A stretch of DNA of 64,000 bases from Spirochaetia bacterium (GCA_965199955.1 CBDATQ010000001.1:2048001-2112000), one strand, 5' to 3'. Shown: positions 48,503-58,428, counted from the stretch's first letter. The notes: generated by a model not told the origin, from the letters alone. Program-made: numbers and translations.

Positions 48503-49764
48503 TCACCTCCCCGTTTCCTGCGGGTTGGCCGTACGGATCCAGCCCCAGAACAGGTTGTCGCGCTGGTGGCCGGCCGCCAAGTATTCCTCTTTCAGGCGAG
48601 ACAGGTCGTCTCCGGCGTAGTCGGTGAGCGGCAGTCCTGCGGCATCCAGATCGATCCCGTACTGGCCCGCGGCGTTGGCGCCGAAAATGGCGGATTTCAC
48701 CGGCCCGTCCGCGGGCCCGAGCGGCTCGAAGCCGTGCCTGTCCGGCAGGTCGGCCGGGATCTCGATGCGGCGCAGCGCCTCGATCTGCCACTGCGGGGAG
48801 CCGAACCAGATCCAGTCGGTGCCCCAGAGGACGTGATCGGCGCCGAGTCCCTTGATCAGCTTGCCCAGCATCGCCGCCGCCAGCCGCGGCTCGCTCACCG
48901 CCAGCGCCCCGAACGACAGGCCGACGTCGGCGTACACGTTCGTCACGCCGTACCGCTCCGGGATCTCCGCCAGCTCGTCGATCCACGGCAGCCGGCCGGT
49001 GTCCTCGAACTCCGCCACGACCGGCGGCAGGTCGCACCACATGCGCAGGGCGGCGTGGTAGATGTGGAAGTTGAGCTCCGGCCAGTCGCGAGCCACCTTG
49101 CCCACGTCCTCGACGGTGGCGTGACGCCAGGTCGGGATGCGCTCGTAGTCGGCCGGGAGCACCCCCTTGTGGACGCAGATGTTGCGCACGCCGTGGCGCA
49201 TGGCCTTCTCGTAGCCGGGGTAGATGAGGTCCTCGTCGTCCATCCGCCACGGGTGCTCGAAGGTCGGGCTTGCGCCCAGCACGTCGCCCATCGTGTAGCC
49301 CTTCCAGGCATCCACCTTCAGCTCGGCGGCGGCCCGGTCCATGGCCGGCAAGTACTGCGGCACGCTCGGCCAGATCACACCAGTGGACAGCAACGCCAGA
49401 GTGGTGTCGCTGTCTAAGAACATGTCCTTCAGGTAGTAATCGAACTTGTAGTACTTGAGGTCCAGCTCCTGGCCGACCAGGTCGGGGTTCCAGGGCGTGC
49501 CGCCGAACAGGTCGCCGCGCGCGGCGGCGAGCTGCCCCTCCCAGCGGTAGTCGTCGTGCACGTGATGGGTGTGCACGTCGAAGATGACTGGCCGCGGGTG
49601 GCGTCGCGCTGCAGCAGCCACTCGACCTGCGCCTGGCGGCGCGTCTGCGCGGGCGGCAGGCACTCGCCGCTCGACACCACCTGCGTGGGGACCGGGCACT
49701 CCACCGGCTTGCGGAAGGCGCGCTGCAGCCCGCGGAGTTGCGCGTCGCGCAGCCACATGGACAT
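48503..49764 (-). pseudogene. Amidohydrolase family protein with frameshift (~49590) and probable internal deletions
   Basis: PVPTQVVSSGE | IFDVHTH, DAWKGYT, CVHKG, IYHAAL, LWGTDWIWFGSPQWQIEALRR. Confidence 0.75.
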
Positions 49765-50118
49765 CAGGCCGCTCCGGCCGGCGCGGGAACGGCGCAGAGA
49801 GGACAGTGCCCGCCGCTGACGCCGTCGGGCCGCGGGTGGCAGTCGTTGTCGAGCGTTCCCGTGTCCCCGTCGAGCTCATGCCAAAGCCGGCACTCGCGCT
49901 CGAAGGCGTCGCGGTCCGAGTCCGCATGCTCGAACCAGAAGGCCCGATAGCCGGGTCCGCCCCAGCGGGCCAGGGCCGATCCCAGGCTCGCGCCGCGTGC
50001 GCCCCACGAGGCCGCGGTAGTGGGCGTATGCCCGGGTCGTCTCGATGCGGCGCAGCAGGAAGACCACGGGCCGCGGATCGCCGACCACGCTGGAGGAGAG
50101 CTGGAACGGCCCCTCCAC
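49764..50118 (-). pseudogene. Small GIY-YIG-like protein with C-terminal HP/CxxC motif, frameshifted near 49995
   Basis: EGPFQL..VFLL..LVGRT | LARW..YRAFWFEHA..AFERECRLWH..LDNDCHPRPDG..CPLC; TGATG coupling to next gene. Confidence 0.5.
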
Positions 50119-50124
50119 GCCGGC

Positions 50125-50835
50125 TCAGGCCAGTCCGTAGACGGGGATGGCCGCGCCGTGGACCGCCGCGGCGGCGTCCGAGGCCAGGAACACGATCACG
50201 TTGGCCAGCTCCCCCGGCGCCACCCACGCCGCCGGGTCGGACCTGGGCATCGCCTTCCGGTTGGCGGGCGTGTCGATGATGCTCGGCAACACGGCGTTGA
50301 CGTTGACGCCGTTGCGCTTCAGCTCCTCCGACAGCGACTGCGTCAGGGCCAGGACCGCCGCCTTGGTGGCGCCGTACACGCCGTTGCCGGCCTCGCCGCG
50401 CAGCGCCGCGCGGGCGGACACGTTGACGATCGCACCTCCGCCTGCGGCCGCCAGCGCCGGCGCCGCCGCGCGGCACATAGCGAAGGTGGTGCGGAGATTG
50501 AGGTCCAGGAGGTGCTCCAGGGTCGCGTCGTCCGCGTCCGCGACCTTCATCCACCGGTAGCCGCCGGCCAGGTTGACCACCGCCTGCAATGCTCCGGACG
50601 GGACCTGACGGATTAGCGCCTCCACGTCGGCCGCCGCTCGCACGTCGCAGCGGTGCAGCTCCACGCGATCGGCGGCGTCTGCGAACCGACGCCGGAACGG
50701 GGCCACCTCGCCTTCCGCCACGTAGGTCACCAGCACGCGCGCACCGGCATCCAGAAAGCCCCGGACGACCGAGCCGCGGAGCGCGCCGGTGCCGCCGGTG
50801 ACGATGACGGCGCGGCCGGCGAAGTCGACGCGCAT
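50125..50835 (-). CDS. Short-chain dehydrogenase/reductase
   Basis: TGGTGAL(R)G, NLAGG, YGATK, PSIIDTPANR; GAGGAGG RBS. Confidence 0.88.
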   Translation of the reverse strand: MRVDFAGRAVIVTGGTGALRGSVVRGFLDAGARVLVTYVAEGEVAPFRRRFADAADRVELHRCDVRAAADVEALIRQVPSGALQAVVNLAGGYRWMKVADADDATLEHLLDLNLRTTFAMCRAAAPALAAAGGGAIVNVSARAALRGEAGNGVYGATKAAVLALTQSLSEELKRNGVNVNAVLPSIIDTPANRKAMPRSDPAAWVAPGELANVIVFLASDAAAAVHGAAIPVYGLA

Positions 50836-50851
50836 GGGTGGCCGGTCCTCC

Positions 50852-51022
50852 TCAGTCCAGCCGCAGGAGCGCCGGAGTGTGCTCGGCAATCCAGGCGCGG
50901 AGCTCGCGGACGTGCTCGGGAGTGGCGGACGGGTAGGGATCGCGCACGCGGAAGCGGTCGTCGTCCGTCCACGGCACCGGCTGACCGGCCCACATGCCGT
51001 TGAGGCGCACGCGCGTCAGCAC
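50852..51022 (-). CDS. Small hypothetical protein (~56 aa)
   Basis: TTGACA-N16-TACGAT ends 7 nt before GTG 51022; GC-rich third positions; stop beside the SDR RBS. Confidence 0.45.
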   Translation of the reverse strand: MLTRVRLNGMWAGQPVPWTDDDRFRVRDPYPSATPEHVRELRAWIAEHTPALLRLD

Positions 51023-51085
51023 GCGTTCCATCGTAGGGCGGCGGCCCGGCCTGTCAAGGGCCGGCGAGCGGCTATACTCCGTGCC

Positions 51086-51475
51086 GTGGCCGAGCAGTTC
51101 GGGGTCGATCTGGATCAGGTGCGGGCATTCCTCGCCGACAAGGAGGAGCGCCGCCGCGCCCGCATCGACGCGCGCTTCGCCCGGGCCACCCGCGACGCGG
51201 GGGCGATCATCGCTGAGATCGCAGCGCAGGTGAACCCGAGCCGGATCTACCAGTGGGGATCCTTGCTCGACCGCGAGCGCTTCAGCGAGATTTCGGACAT
51301 CGACATAGCGGTCGAGGGGATAGCCGGACCCGAGGAGTTCTTTGCGGCGCTCGGCATCGCCATCGAGGGAACGGACTTGCCCGTCGACGTCGTCGAGCTG
51401 GAAAAGGTCCCGGCCGACGTCGCCGAGCGCATCCGTGCGCGGGGCGCGCTGGTCCATGAGCGACGCGATTCGTGA
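51086..51475 (+). CDS. Minimal nucleotidyltransferase (MNT) antitoxin
   Basis: IYQWGS..SDIDIAVEG, VDVVELE; TATACT 7 nt upstream. Confidence 0.85.
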   Translation: MAEQFGVDLDQVRAFLADKEERRRARIDARFARATRDAGAIIAEIAAQVNPSRIYQWGSLLDRERFSEISDIDIAVEGIAGPEEFFAALGIAIEGTDLPVDVVELEKVPADVAERIRARGALVHERRDS

Positions 51476-51938
51476 GCTCGCCGCGCTGATCCGGGCGCAC
51501 CGGCAACGGCTCGTGGCGGTTCATCGGTCGCTGCAGAGCGCGCTAGAAAACGAGATCGTACAGCTCGGCAAGACGCCGATGTCGGCGCTCATGGTCGCGG
51601 GCATCCTGGAGAACTACTACACGTGCCTTGAGACGATTTTCCAGAGGATTTCCCAACACTTCGACAACAACCTCGACCCTGAACGTTGGCACAGCGACCT
51701 GCTGCAGAAGATGACGCTGGAGATCGACGGCGTAAGGGCGGCAGCCGTGTCGCAGGCGGCGTTTTCACCGCTCTTCGAGCTGCTGAAGTTCCGGCACTTC
51801 AAACGCTACTACTTCGAGCTGGAGTACGACTGGGACCGCCTGGACTTCCTGGTCGCCAAGCTCTCCCAGGCGCACCCGCTGGTCCTGCGCGATCTGGAGC
51901 GGTTCGAGCGCTTCATGAGCGCGTTGCAGGAGTCGTAG
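51456..51938 (+). CDS. HEPN (HepT-like) toxin
   Basis: LENYYTCLETIF, WHSDLLQKM, LKFRHFKRYY. Confidence 0.85.
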   Translation: MSDAIRELAALIRAHRQRLVAVHRSLQSALENEIVQLGKTPMSALMVAGILENYYTCLETIFQRISQHFDNNLDPERWHSDLLQKMTLEIDGVRAAAVSQAAFSPLFELLKFRHFKRYYFELEYDWDRLDFLVAKLSQAHPLVLRDLERFERFMSALQES

Positions 51939-51941
51939 GAG

Positions 51942-53756
51942 TTGAACTCTGCTCCCGGCGGCGAGGGCCAGAACGAAGCTGCAGGTCTCCGGAAACTCGT
52001 CGATCTGGCCTCTCGGGAGCTGCAGAAGCGGGCCGTCGCTCAGAACCTGCTGGCCGATTCGAGCGGCGTCAGGGAGCAGGCACGCGCGCTGCGCCACAGT
52101 GACGGCGACGCGCCGGCCGGCCCCGCGCAGGAGGAGCTGGACCGGTTCAGCTTCCTGTGGGACGCCCCGGAGCCGGAACGGACCGTGCACGAGCTGCCGG
52201 CCCAGACGCGGCAGGATCTGCAGCTCGCCGAAGTCGTCCGCGCCATGGCCATCCACGGCTCCGCGGAGCGCCACCTGACCGGGCTGCTCGGCGCGCAGCT
52301 CAGCACGGTTGAGCAGATCCGGCACCGGCAGTCGGTCCTGCAGGCGATCCTCGCCCATTCACCGCTGGAACAGGTGGTGCGCGAGGCAGCCGAACGCATC
52401 ATCCTGGCCGGCCCGCTCACGACCATGGACAATCGGGCCGCGCTGTACCGAGTGGTCAACCACCTCAGTGAGTTGGAGCTGTACGTCACCACCAGTGAGG
52501 CGCTGGCCGATGCGCTCGCGGCTGCCGGGGACGCCGGTCCGGTCTGGCGCGACTTCTCGGAGCTGCTCGACCGCATCCGCGACACGCCCGCCCACAAGCA
52601 ACTCCTGAGCTTCCTGACCGACGTGCTCGCCGACGTGCGCGGGCTTGCCAGCGTGACGATCGGAGTGAACCTGGACGCACAGTTGCGGCCGGTCGAAGCG
52701 ACGCTGCTGTCGATCAACTCCGAGCGGTTCAAGGGATCGAAGCTGATGTCCACGGTGCTGGGCACGGCCTCCGCGGAAGGCCGGGGCATCGCCGACCTGC
52801 ACAGCCTGCTGCGTCCCGGCCACGCCAGACCGCTAGTGCGGGAGTTGCTCGACGACCTGGCGCAGGTCCTCGACCGGGCGGCCAGGCAGCTCGCCGGCGA
52901 CCTGCGCGCCTTCACGAAGCTGCCGACCGGGTTCATCACGCGCGCGAGCGAGGAGCTGATCCTGTTCGCCTCCGCCGCGAAGCTCGCGCACGCCCTGCAG
53001 GACCGCAGGCTCCCGGTCTGCCTGCCGCGAGTGGCCGATACCGAGCGGCGTGTGCTGTGCATCGACGGCTGCTACAACGCCGCGCTCGCGCTGACCGGCG
53101 GGGAAGAGGTGGTGTCGAGCGAGGTCGATCTCGGCGAGCGGGACCGGGTCGCCGTCCTGACCGGCCCCAACCGCGGCGGCAAGACGGTCTATCTGCAGGC
53201 GGTGGGACTCGCCCAGGTCCTGTTCCAGGCCGGGCTGTTCTGCCCGGCCCGGGAGGCGGAGATGAGCATCGCCTCGGGCCTGTATACCCATTACCAGGCG
53301 GAGGAGAAGCCGCACCAGCAGAGCGGCCGCTTCGGGGAGGAGGCGGCGCGCCTGCGCGCGATCCTCACCCGGATGACCCCGAGCGCGATCCTGCTGTCCA
53401 ACGAGACTTTCACCAGCACGGGTCCGGGCGAGGCGGCCTACCTGATGCTGGACATCGTCCGCGTGCTGGTCGCGCTCGGTTGCCGCTCGCTGCTCGCCAC
53501 GCACCTGCACGAGTTGGCCGCATGGGTGGAGGACGAGCAGGTCCCGGGCGCGTTCAATCTGGCGGCGACCACCCGCGAAGTGCCCGCCGACGGCGCGCCG
53601 CGCGTGGTGCCGACCTTCCGCGTCGAGCGGGCGGCCCCGGCCGGGCACAGCCACGCGCGGACCGTGGCGCGCGACAACGGGCTGCTGTTCGAGCAGATCG
53701 TCGACTCCTTGCGCGAGAGCGGTCAGCTCGACCGGTTGCTCGAGCCGCCTAAGTGA
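51942..53756 (+). CDS. MutS-related ATPase (domain V only; no mismatch-binding or Smr domain); start uncertain
   Basis: TGPNRGGKT, QAGLFCPA, GRFGEE, LLSNETFTST, ATHLHEL, GHSHARTVA. Confidence 0.85.
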   Translation: MNSAPGGEGQNEAAGLRKLVDLASRELQKRAVAQNLLADSSGVREQARALRHSDGDAPAGPAQEELDRFSFLWDAPEPERTVHELPAQTRQDLQLAEVVRAMAIHGSAERHLTGLLGAQLSTVEQIRHRQSVLQAILAHSPLEQVVREAAERIILAGPLTTMDNRAALYRVVNHLSELELYVTTSEALADALAAAGDAGPVWRDFSELLDRIRDTPAHKQLLSFLTDVLADVRGLASVTIGVNLDAQLRPVEATLLSINSERFKGSKLMSTVLGTASAEGRGIADLHSLLRPGHARPLVRELLDDLAQVLDRAARQLAGDLRAFTKLPTGFITRASEELILFASAAKLAHALQDRRLPVCLPRVADTERRVLCIDGCYNAALALTGGEEVVSSEVDLGERDRVAVLTGPNRGGKTVYLQAVGLAQVLFQAGLFCPAREAEMSIASGLYTHYQAEEKPHQQSGRFGEEAARLRAILTRMTPSAILLSNETFTSTGPGEAAYLMLDIVRVLVALGCRSLLATHLHELAAWVEDEQVPGAFNLAATTREVPADGAPRVVPTFRVERAAPAGHSHARTVARDNGLLFEQIVDSLRESGQLDRLLEPPK

Positions 53757-53792
53757 AGCTTTGGCTACCAGATGGCGGTGGCGGAAAGAGTG

Positions 53793-54098
53793 TCAGGATA
53801 CTTTCTGGAGTGAGGACGCGGGCTTGATCCCGGCCGTGAGCCGGCGCTTGTCCACGGCGATCCTGCGGAAGTCGCACTCCACCTGGATGCCGTGCCAGAA
53901 TTGGTCCGACTGACCGAAGAAGGCGCCGAAGCGAATGGACATGGCCGGCGTGATCGACCTCCGGCCATGGACGATTTCGTTGATCGCGCGCGGCGCGACT
54001 CCGATCGCGCGACTCATCGCATTCTGCGAGATGCCCATCGGCTTGAGATACTCCTCAAGAAGAATCTCACCGGGCGTGATCGGATCGTTCATCATCAT
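53793..54098 (-). CDS. higA: HigA antitoxin (XRE HTH)
   Basis: [38 protein letters not shown]. Confidence 0.9.
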   Translation of the reverse strand: MMMNDPITPGEILLEEYLKPMGISQNAMSRAIGVAPRAINEIVHGRRSITPAMSIRFGAFFGQSDQFWHGIQVECDFRRIAVDKRRLTAGIKPASSLQKVS

Positions 54099-54195
54099 GT
54101 CCATGTTGGTTGGTTCTCGAATGACGTTCTCCAAGTCGACGAGGCCCCGCGGCCAAAGGCGTCCTTGTCCTGACCGCGTAAGCCATCATCAATGC

Positions 54196-54471
54196 AATGG
54201 TAGTCGAGGATTGCGACTCGCTCCGGGCCGGAATCGGTCCATCGGAAGACGATACGCCACTGGCCGTTGACACGGATGGAGTGAACGCCCGCGACCGACC
54301 ACTAAGGGCCTTGAGTCGATTGCCGGGCGGGATCGCAAGGTCCCTGAGTTCGGCGGCTCGGTTCATCTGGATGAGCTTCCTCAGAGCGACTCGTGAAATG
54401 TCAGCGAACCTACGGCTTCGCTCCTCGACGAAGAGCTCTTCGGTGTCGGCGTCCGAAAAGGACAGAATCAT
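54196..54471 (-). pseudogene. higB: HigB toxin (RelE-like), frameshifted near 54294
   Basis: [26 protein letters not shown] | [20 protein letters not shown]; no stop directly after DYH. Confidence 0.85.
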
Positions 54472-54534
54472 AAGTACTCTTCCTCCAGAACTTTGCGATC
54501 ATCACGTCCTCCTCGGGTTAGTGGGTGCACTCGT

Positions 54535-54564
54535 ACTATACACCTATAACGTTATAGGGTGCAA
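54535..54564 (-). promoter_or_regulatory. higBA promoter with operator
   Basis: TTGCAC-N18-TATAGT; spacer holds the perfect 16-bp palindrome CCTATAACGTTATAGG (54543-54558). Confidence 0.7.
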
Positions 54565-54662
54565 TTATCCTCACGTGTCTATGAGGAGAGCGACGGCGAG
54601 CAGCCTTCGTGCGCGCGTGCCAAGTCGATGATGTGGTTGGCTCGTCACCGTTGAGCGTCCCG

Positions 54663-56585
54663 CTACATGCCGGAGCGCCGCTTCACGATTGCAAGGAACG
54701 CTTCGCCGTAGCGCTCCGCCTTAGCGGGGCCGATGCCGTGGACCATTTCCAGGGTCGCTGCGGAGTCGGGGCGGAGGACGGCGAGGTGGCGCAGGGTGCG
54801 GTCGCTGGCGATGACGTAGGGCGGCACCTGCTGACGGCGCGCCTCTTCGATGCGGAACGCGCGCAACGCCTCGAAGAGCTCGAGCCCGGCCTCGTCGAGC
54901 TCTTCCACCGTGGTGTCGGCGTTCTCGTATCCGCCCGGACGCCGCGGCGCCGGTCGGTCTCCGACGGATGACCGGGCACGCAGCTTGGGCGGCAGCAGCA
55001 GGCGGGCCGGCCTCCGGTCATGGATCACCTCCCGGCCTTCCGCCGTAACTACCGCCACGGGCCGGTCGCCGCCGTGGAAGTCGACCCAGCCGGCGGTGAC
55101 GCAGCGCCGCAGCAGCCGCATCAGCCACTCCTCCGTGTGGTCGCCGAGCGTGCCGAAGGTGGGCGTCCGGTCGAGGCGGGCGCGCCGCAGCCGCTCGTCG
55201 GACGCTCCCTTGAGCAACTTCACGGCCGCCGTCAGGCCGAAACGGCCGTGGATGCGCGCGACACCGCACAGTCCCTTGCGGACCACGAGCGCGGCCTGCT
55301 CGGGATCCTGCTCCTCGTGCTCCGCCAGGCGCAGGCAGACGTCGCAGCGCCCGCAGCCGGCCAGCGTCTCCGCTTCATCGCCGAAGTAGCGCAGGATGGC
55401 GTCGTGGCGGCAGGCGCCGCCCTCCGCCCAGCGCATCAACTCCAGGAACAGGTTCCACTGGTGCTGTGCCACCTCCTGCGCCACCGGCTGCCCGTCGCCG
55501 TTGCGCTCGACCAGGTGGCGGCGCAGCGCCATGTCTCCCGGCGACACGATCAGGACGCAGACAGCGGGACCGCCGTCCCGGCCTGCGCGCCCCGCCTCCT
55601 GGTAGTACGCCTCCAAGGACCCCGGGGGTGCCAGATGCGCTACGCAGCGCACGTCGGCCCGGTCGATTCCCATGCCGAACGCGTTGGTGGCCACGACGAC
55701 GTCGAACTCACCGGCCATGAACGCGCGCTGCACGCGCTCGCGCCGGCCGCCGTCCATGCCGGCGTGATACGCCGCCGTCCGCCACCCGAGCGTGTCCAGC
55801 CGGTGTGCCTGCTCCTCCGTGCTCCGGCGCGTCGGCGCATAGACGATCGCCGTCCCGCCCTGCCGTCCCGGCTCGCCCAGCGTCTGCGCGAGCACGGAGT
55901 CCACGTGCCGTTCCCGTTCCCGCCCGGTCATCACCTCGATTACCCGCAGCGCCAGGTTGGGACGGGCGAAGCCGTGGATGAGCTGCGGCGTGTCCGCCGA
56001 CAGGCCGAGGCGCTCGATGATCTCGTCGCGCACCACCGGCGTCGCCGTGGCGGTGCAGGCCAACACCCGTGCCCGCGGCAGCATCTCCACCAGCTCCCCC
56101 AGTTGCAGGTAGTCGGGGCGGAAGTCGTGGCCCCAGGAGCTGATGCAGTGCGCTTCATCGATGGCGACCAGCGGGCACTCCAGGCGAGCCAGCACGGAGC
56201 GCAGTCGGTTGGAGGACAGCCGCTCCGGGGCCACGTACACCAGCTTGCAGCGGCCGGCGGCGATCATGCCGAGCCGCCGTCGCACCTCGTCAGCCGGCAG
56301 CGTGCCGGCCAGATACGTGGCCGACACGCCCCGCTGCTTCAGGGCGGCAACCTGGTCGTGCATGAGGGCTATCAGCGGCGACACCACGACGGTCGTGCCC
56401 GGCAGCAGCGCCGCCGGAAGCTGATAGGTCAGGCTCTTGCCGCCCCCGGTCGGCGCCACCAGCAGCAGGCGACCGCTGCCAAGCAGCAACTCCATCGCCT
56501 CGCGCTGTCCCGGGCGGAACGCGGCAAGTCCGAAGTGCCGCAGACCCGCGTCCAGATCCACGTTATGGAAAGAGTGCAGACTCAC
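54663..56585 (-). CDS. recQ: RecQ DNA helicase with RQC and HRDC domains
   Basis: PTGGGKS, DEAHCISSWGHDFRP, TATAT, FGMGID, QEAGRAGRDG, CRH..CGRCDVC, VPPYVIASD. Confidence 0.95.
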   Translation of the reverse strand: MSLHSFHNVDLDAGLRHFGLAAFRPGQREAMELLLGSGRLLLVAPTGGGKSLTYQLPAALLPGTTVVVSPLIALMHDQVAALKQRGVSATYLAGTLPADEVRRRLGMIAAGRCKLVYVAPERLSSNRLRSVLARLECPLVAIDEAHCISSWGHDFRPDYLQLGELVEMLPRARVLACTATATPVVRDEIIERLGLSADTPQLIHGFARPNLALRVIEVMTGRERERHVDSVLAQTLGEPGRQGGTAIVYAPTRRSTEEQAHRLDTLGWRTAAYHAGMDGGRRERVQRAFMAGEFDVVVATNAFGMGIDRADVRCVAHLAPPGSLEAYYQEAGRAGRDGGPAVCVLIVSPGDMALRRHLVERNGDGQPVAQEVAQHQWNLFLELMRWAEGGACRHDAILRYFGDEAETLAGCGRCDVCLRLAEHEEQDPEQAALVVRKGLCGVARIHGRFGLTAAVKLLKGASDERLRRARLDRTPTFGTLGDHTEEWLMRLLRRCVTAGWVDFHGGDRPVAVVTAEGREVIHDRRPARLLLPPKLRARSSVGDRPAPRRPGGYENADTTVEELDEAGLELFEALRAFRIEEARRQQVPPYVIASDRTLRHLAVLRPDSAATLEMVHGIGPAKAERYGEAFLAIVKRRSGM

Positions 56586-56720
56586 GCTCGTGCATTAACC
56601 ATGCGGTACCGATGGTAGAGTGAAAGCTACCCCTCGACACCTGAGGAGTTCGACCGCGATGAACCCACGCACGCTATCGACCGAGGCGGCCGGGACCGCC
56701 GGACGACTGGAGCGCGGCCG

Positions 56721-57899
56721 GTGAGCCGCCGCATCGGCGTCGCCGTGATCGGCATGGGCTGGATGGGCTCCGTGCACGCCCGCTGCTACCGGCTGGTGCC
56801 TCAGCGCTTCCCGGAGCTGGACATCGACCCGCGTCTGGTGGTGTGCGCGGACAACGTCGGGGCGCGCGCGCAGGAGGGCGTGGCGCGGGCCGGCTTCGAG
56901 CGCGCCACCACGGACTGGCGCGAGGCGATCGCCGACCCGGAGGTCGAGGTGGTCAACATCACCACCCAGAACGCCCTCCACAAGCCGGTCGCACTGGCGG
57001 CGATCGAGGCGGGCAAGCACGTCTTCTGCGAGAAGCCGGTCGGCCGCAGCCCGGCGGAGACGGCGGCGATCGCCGCTGCGGCGCAAGCGGCCGGTGTCAT
57101 CAGCGGTGTCGGTTACAATTACCGCTGGGCGCCGGTCGTCCAGTACGCGCTGAGCCTGATCCGGGAAGGACGGTTGGGGACGATTACCCACTTCCGCGGC
57201 CGGTTCCTGGTCGGCTACGCGCGCGACCCGCACGGCGTGCTGTCGTGGCGCTTCGACCGCGAGCAGTCCGGCTCCGGCGCGGTCGCCGACCTGATGTCGC
57301 ACGTCGCGGACCTGGCCCACTTGCTGGCCGGACCCGTGGAGCGGCTGGTCGCCAACCGGCACACGTTCATCGCCGAGCGGCCGTTGCCGACGCCGGGCGA
57401 GGGAACGCACTTCTCGGTCAGGCGCGGCGGTCCCGCCGGCCCGGTCACCAACGAGGACTACGGCAGCGCGCTGGTCCAGTTCGCCTGCGGCGCGCAGGGG
57501 ACCTACGAGGTGTGCCGGGTGATCAACGGCCCCAAGTGCCAGCTCGCCTTCGAGATCTCGGGCACCGGCGGGACGATCCTCTGGGACTTCGAGCGCATGA
57601 ACGAGCTCCAGCTCTACTTGCCGGACGGCACGCCGGAGCGGGACGGCACGGTCTGGGTGCAGGCCGGCCCGGAGCATCCGTTCTTCGCCAACTTCAATCC
57701 CGGCGCGGCGCTGGGCATGAGCTACGAGGACCTCAAGGTGGTCGAGGCGGCGCAGTTCGCGAAATCCGTGGTGGAGCGTACACAGCGCGAGCCCGGCTTG
57801 GCGGAAGCGGACCGCGTGGGCCAGGTGCTGGCTGCGTTTGACCGCTCGGTCGACTCCGGCGCGTGGGAGACGGTGGCGCCCGTCCCCGTCCCGGCATGA
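56721..57899 (+). CDS. Gfo/Idh/MocA oxidoreductase, probably inositol-related
   Basis: IGMGWMG, CEKPVG, GYNYR, DLMSH; upstream of iolD. Confidence 0.88.
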   Translation: MSRRIGVAVIGMGWMGSVHARCYRLVPQRFPELDIDPRLVVCADNVGARAQEGVARAGFERATTDWREAIADPEVEVVNITTQNALHKPVALAAIEAGKHVFCEKPVGRSPAETAAIAAAAQAAGVISGVGYNYRWAPVVQYALSLIREGRLGTITHFRGRFLVGYARDPHGVLSWRFDREQSGSGAVADLMSHVADLAHLLAGPVERLVANRHTFIAERPLPTPGEGTHFSVRRGGPAGPVTNEDYGSALVQFACGAQGTYEVCRVINGPKCQLAFEISGTGGTILWDFERMNELQLYLPDGTPERDGTVWVQAGPEHPFFANFNPGAALGMSYEDLKVVEAAQFAKSVVERTQREPGLAEADRVGQVLAAFDRSVDSGAWETVAPVPVPA

Positions 57900-57918
57900 G
57901 GGAAGCCGCCGCGTGTCG

Positions 57919-58374
57919 ATGAACTTGGCCGATACCATCCCGGCGCCGCGGATCCTGGCTCCGCTGCGGGCCGAGACCGATGACGACGCGCTCAGCCGCC
58001 TGCTCGTCGCGGTCGCCGCCGACCTGAAGATCCCGGACGCCGCAGGCGTACTGGACCGGCTGCTGCACGAGCCCGTGCTGCGCGCGGCGCTGGTCGGCCA
58101 CGGCGCCGCCATCATCCACAGCCGCATCGACAGGTTGCCGCGCTCGGTGACCGCCCTGGGCGTCGCGCCGCCGGGGACCTCCTTCCGGTTCGGCGGCGGC
58201 TTCCGTTACGTGGTGAGCGTGATCTTCCTGGTGCTCTCGCCGCCGGAGCCGCCGGAGCCACACCTGGAGCTGGTGTCCGCGATCGCCGGCTTCGTCCGCA
58301 ACCCTCAGGCGCTGGACGGCCTCAAGGCGGCAACCTCCCCGGAGCAGGCCACCCAGGCGTTGGCCCGCGTCTAG
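57919..58374 (+). CDS. PTS IIA (Ntr/fructose-type) domain protein, divergent
   Basis: VGHGAAIIHSR (GxGxAxPH-like), VIFLVLSP..HLELVSAIA. Confidence 0.7.
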   Translation: MNLADTIPAPRILAPLRAETDDDALSRLLVAVAADLKIPDAAGVLDRLLHEPVLRAALVGHGAAIIHSRIDRLPRSVTALGVAPPGTSFRFGGGFRYVVSVIFLVLSPPEPPEPHLELVSAIAGFVRNPQALDGLKAATSPEQATQALARV

Positions 58375-58428
58375 CCCGACCGGCCGGCATCAATTCCGCG
58401 CTGGCGCATGCCGATCTATGATCGAGTC

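Noticed and set aside
51942..53756. Canonical mutS or mutS2
   Set aside because: No mismatch-binding N-terminal domain, no Smr domain, too short.
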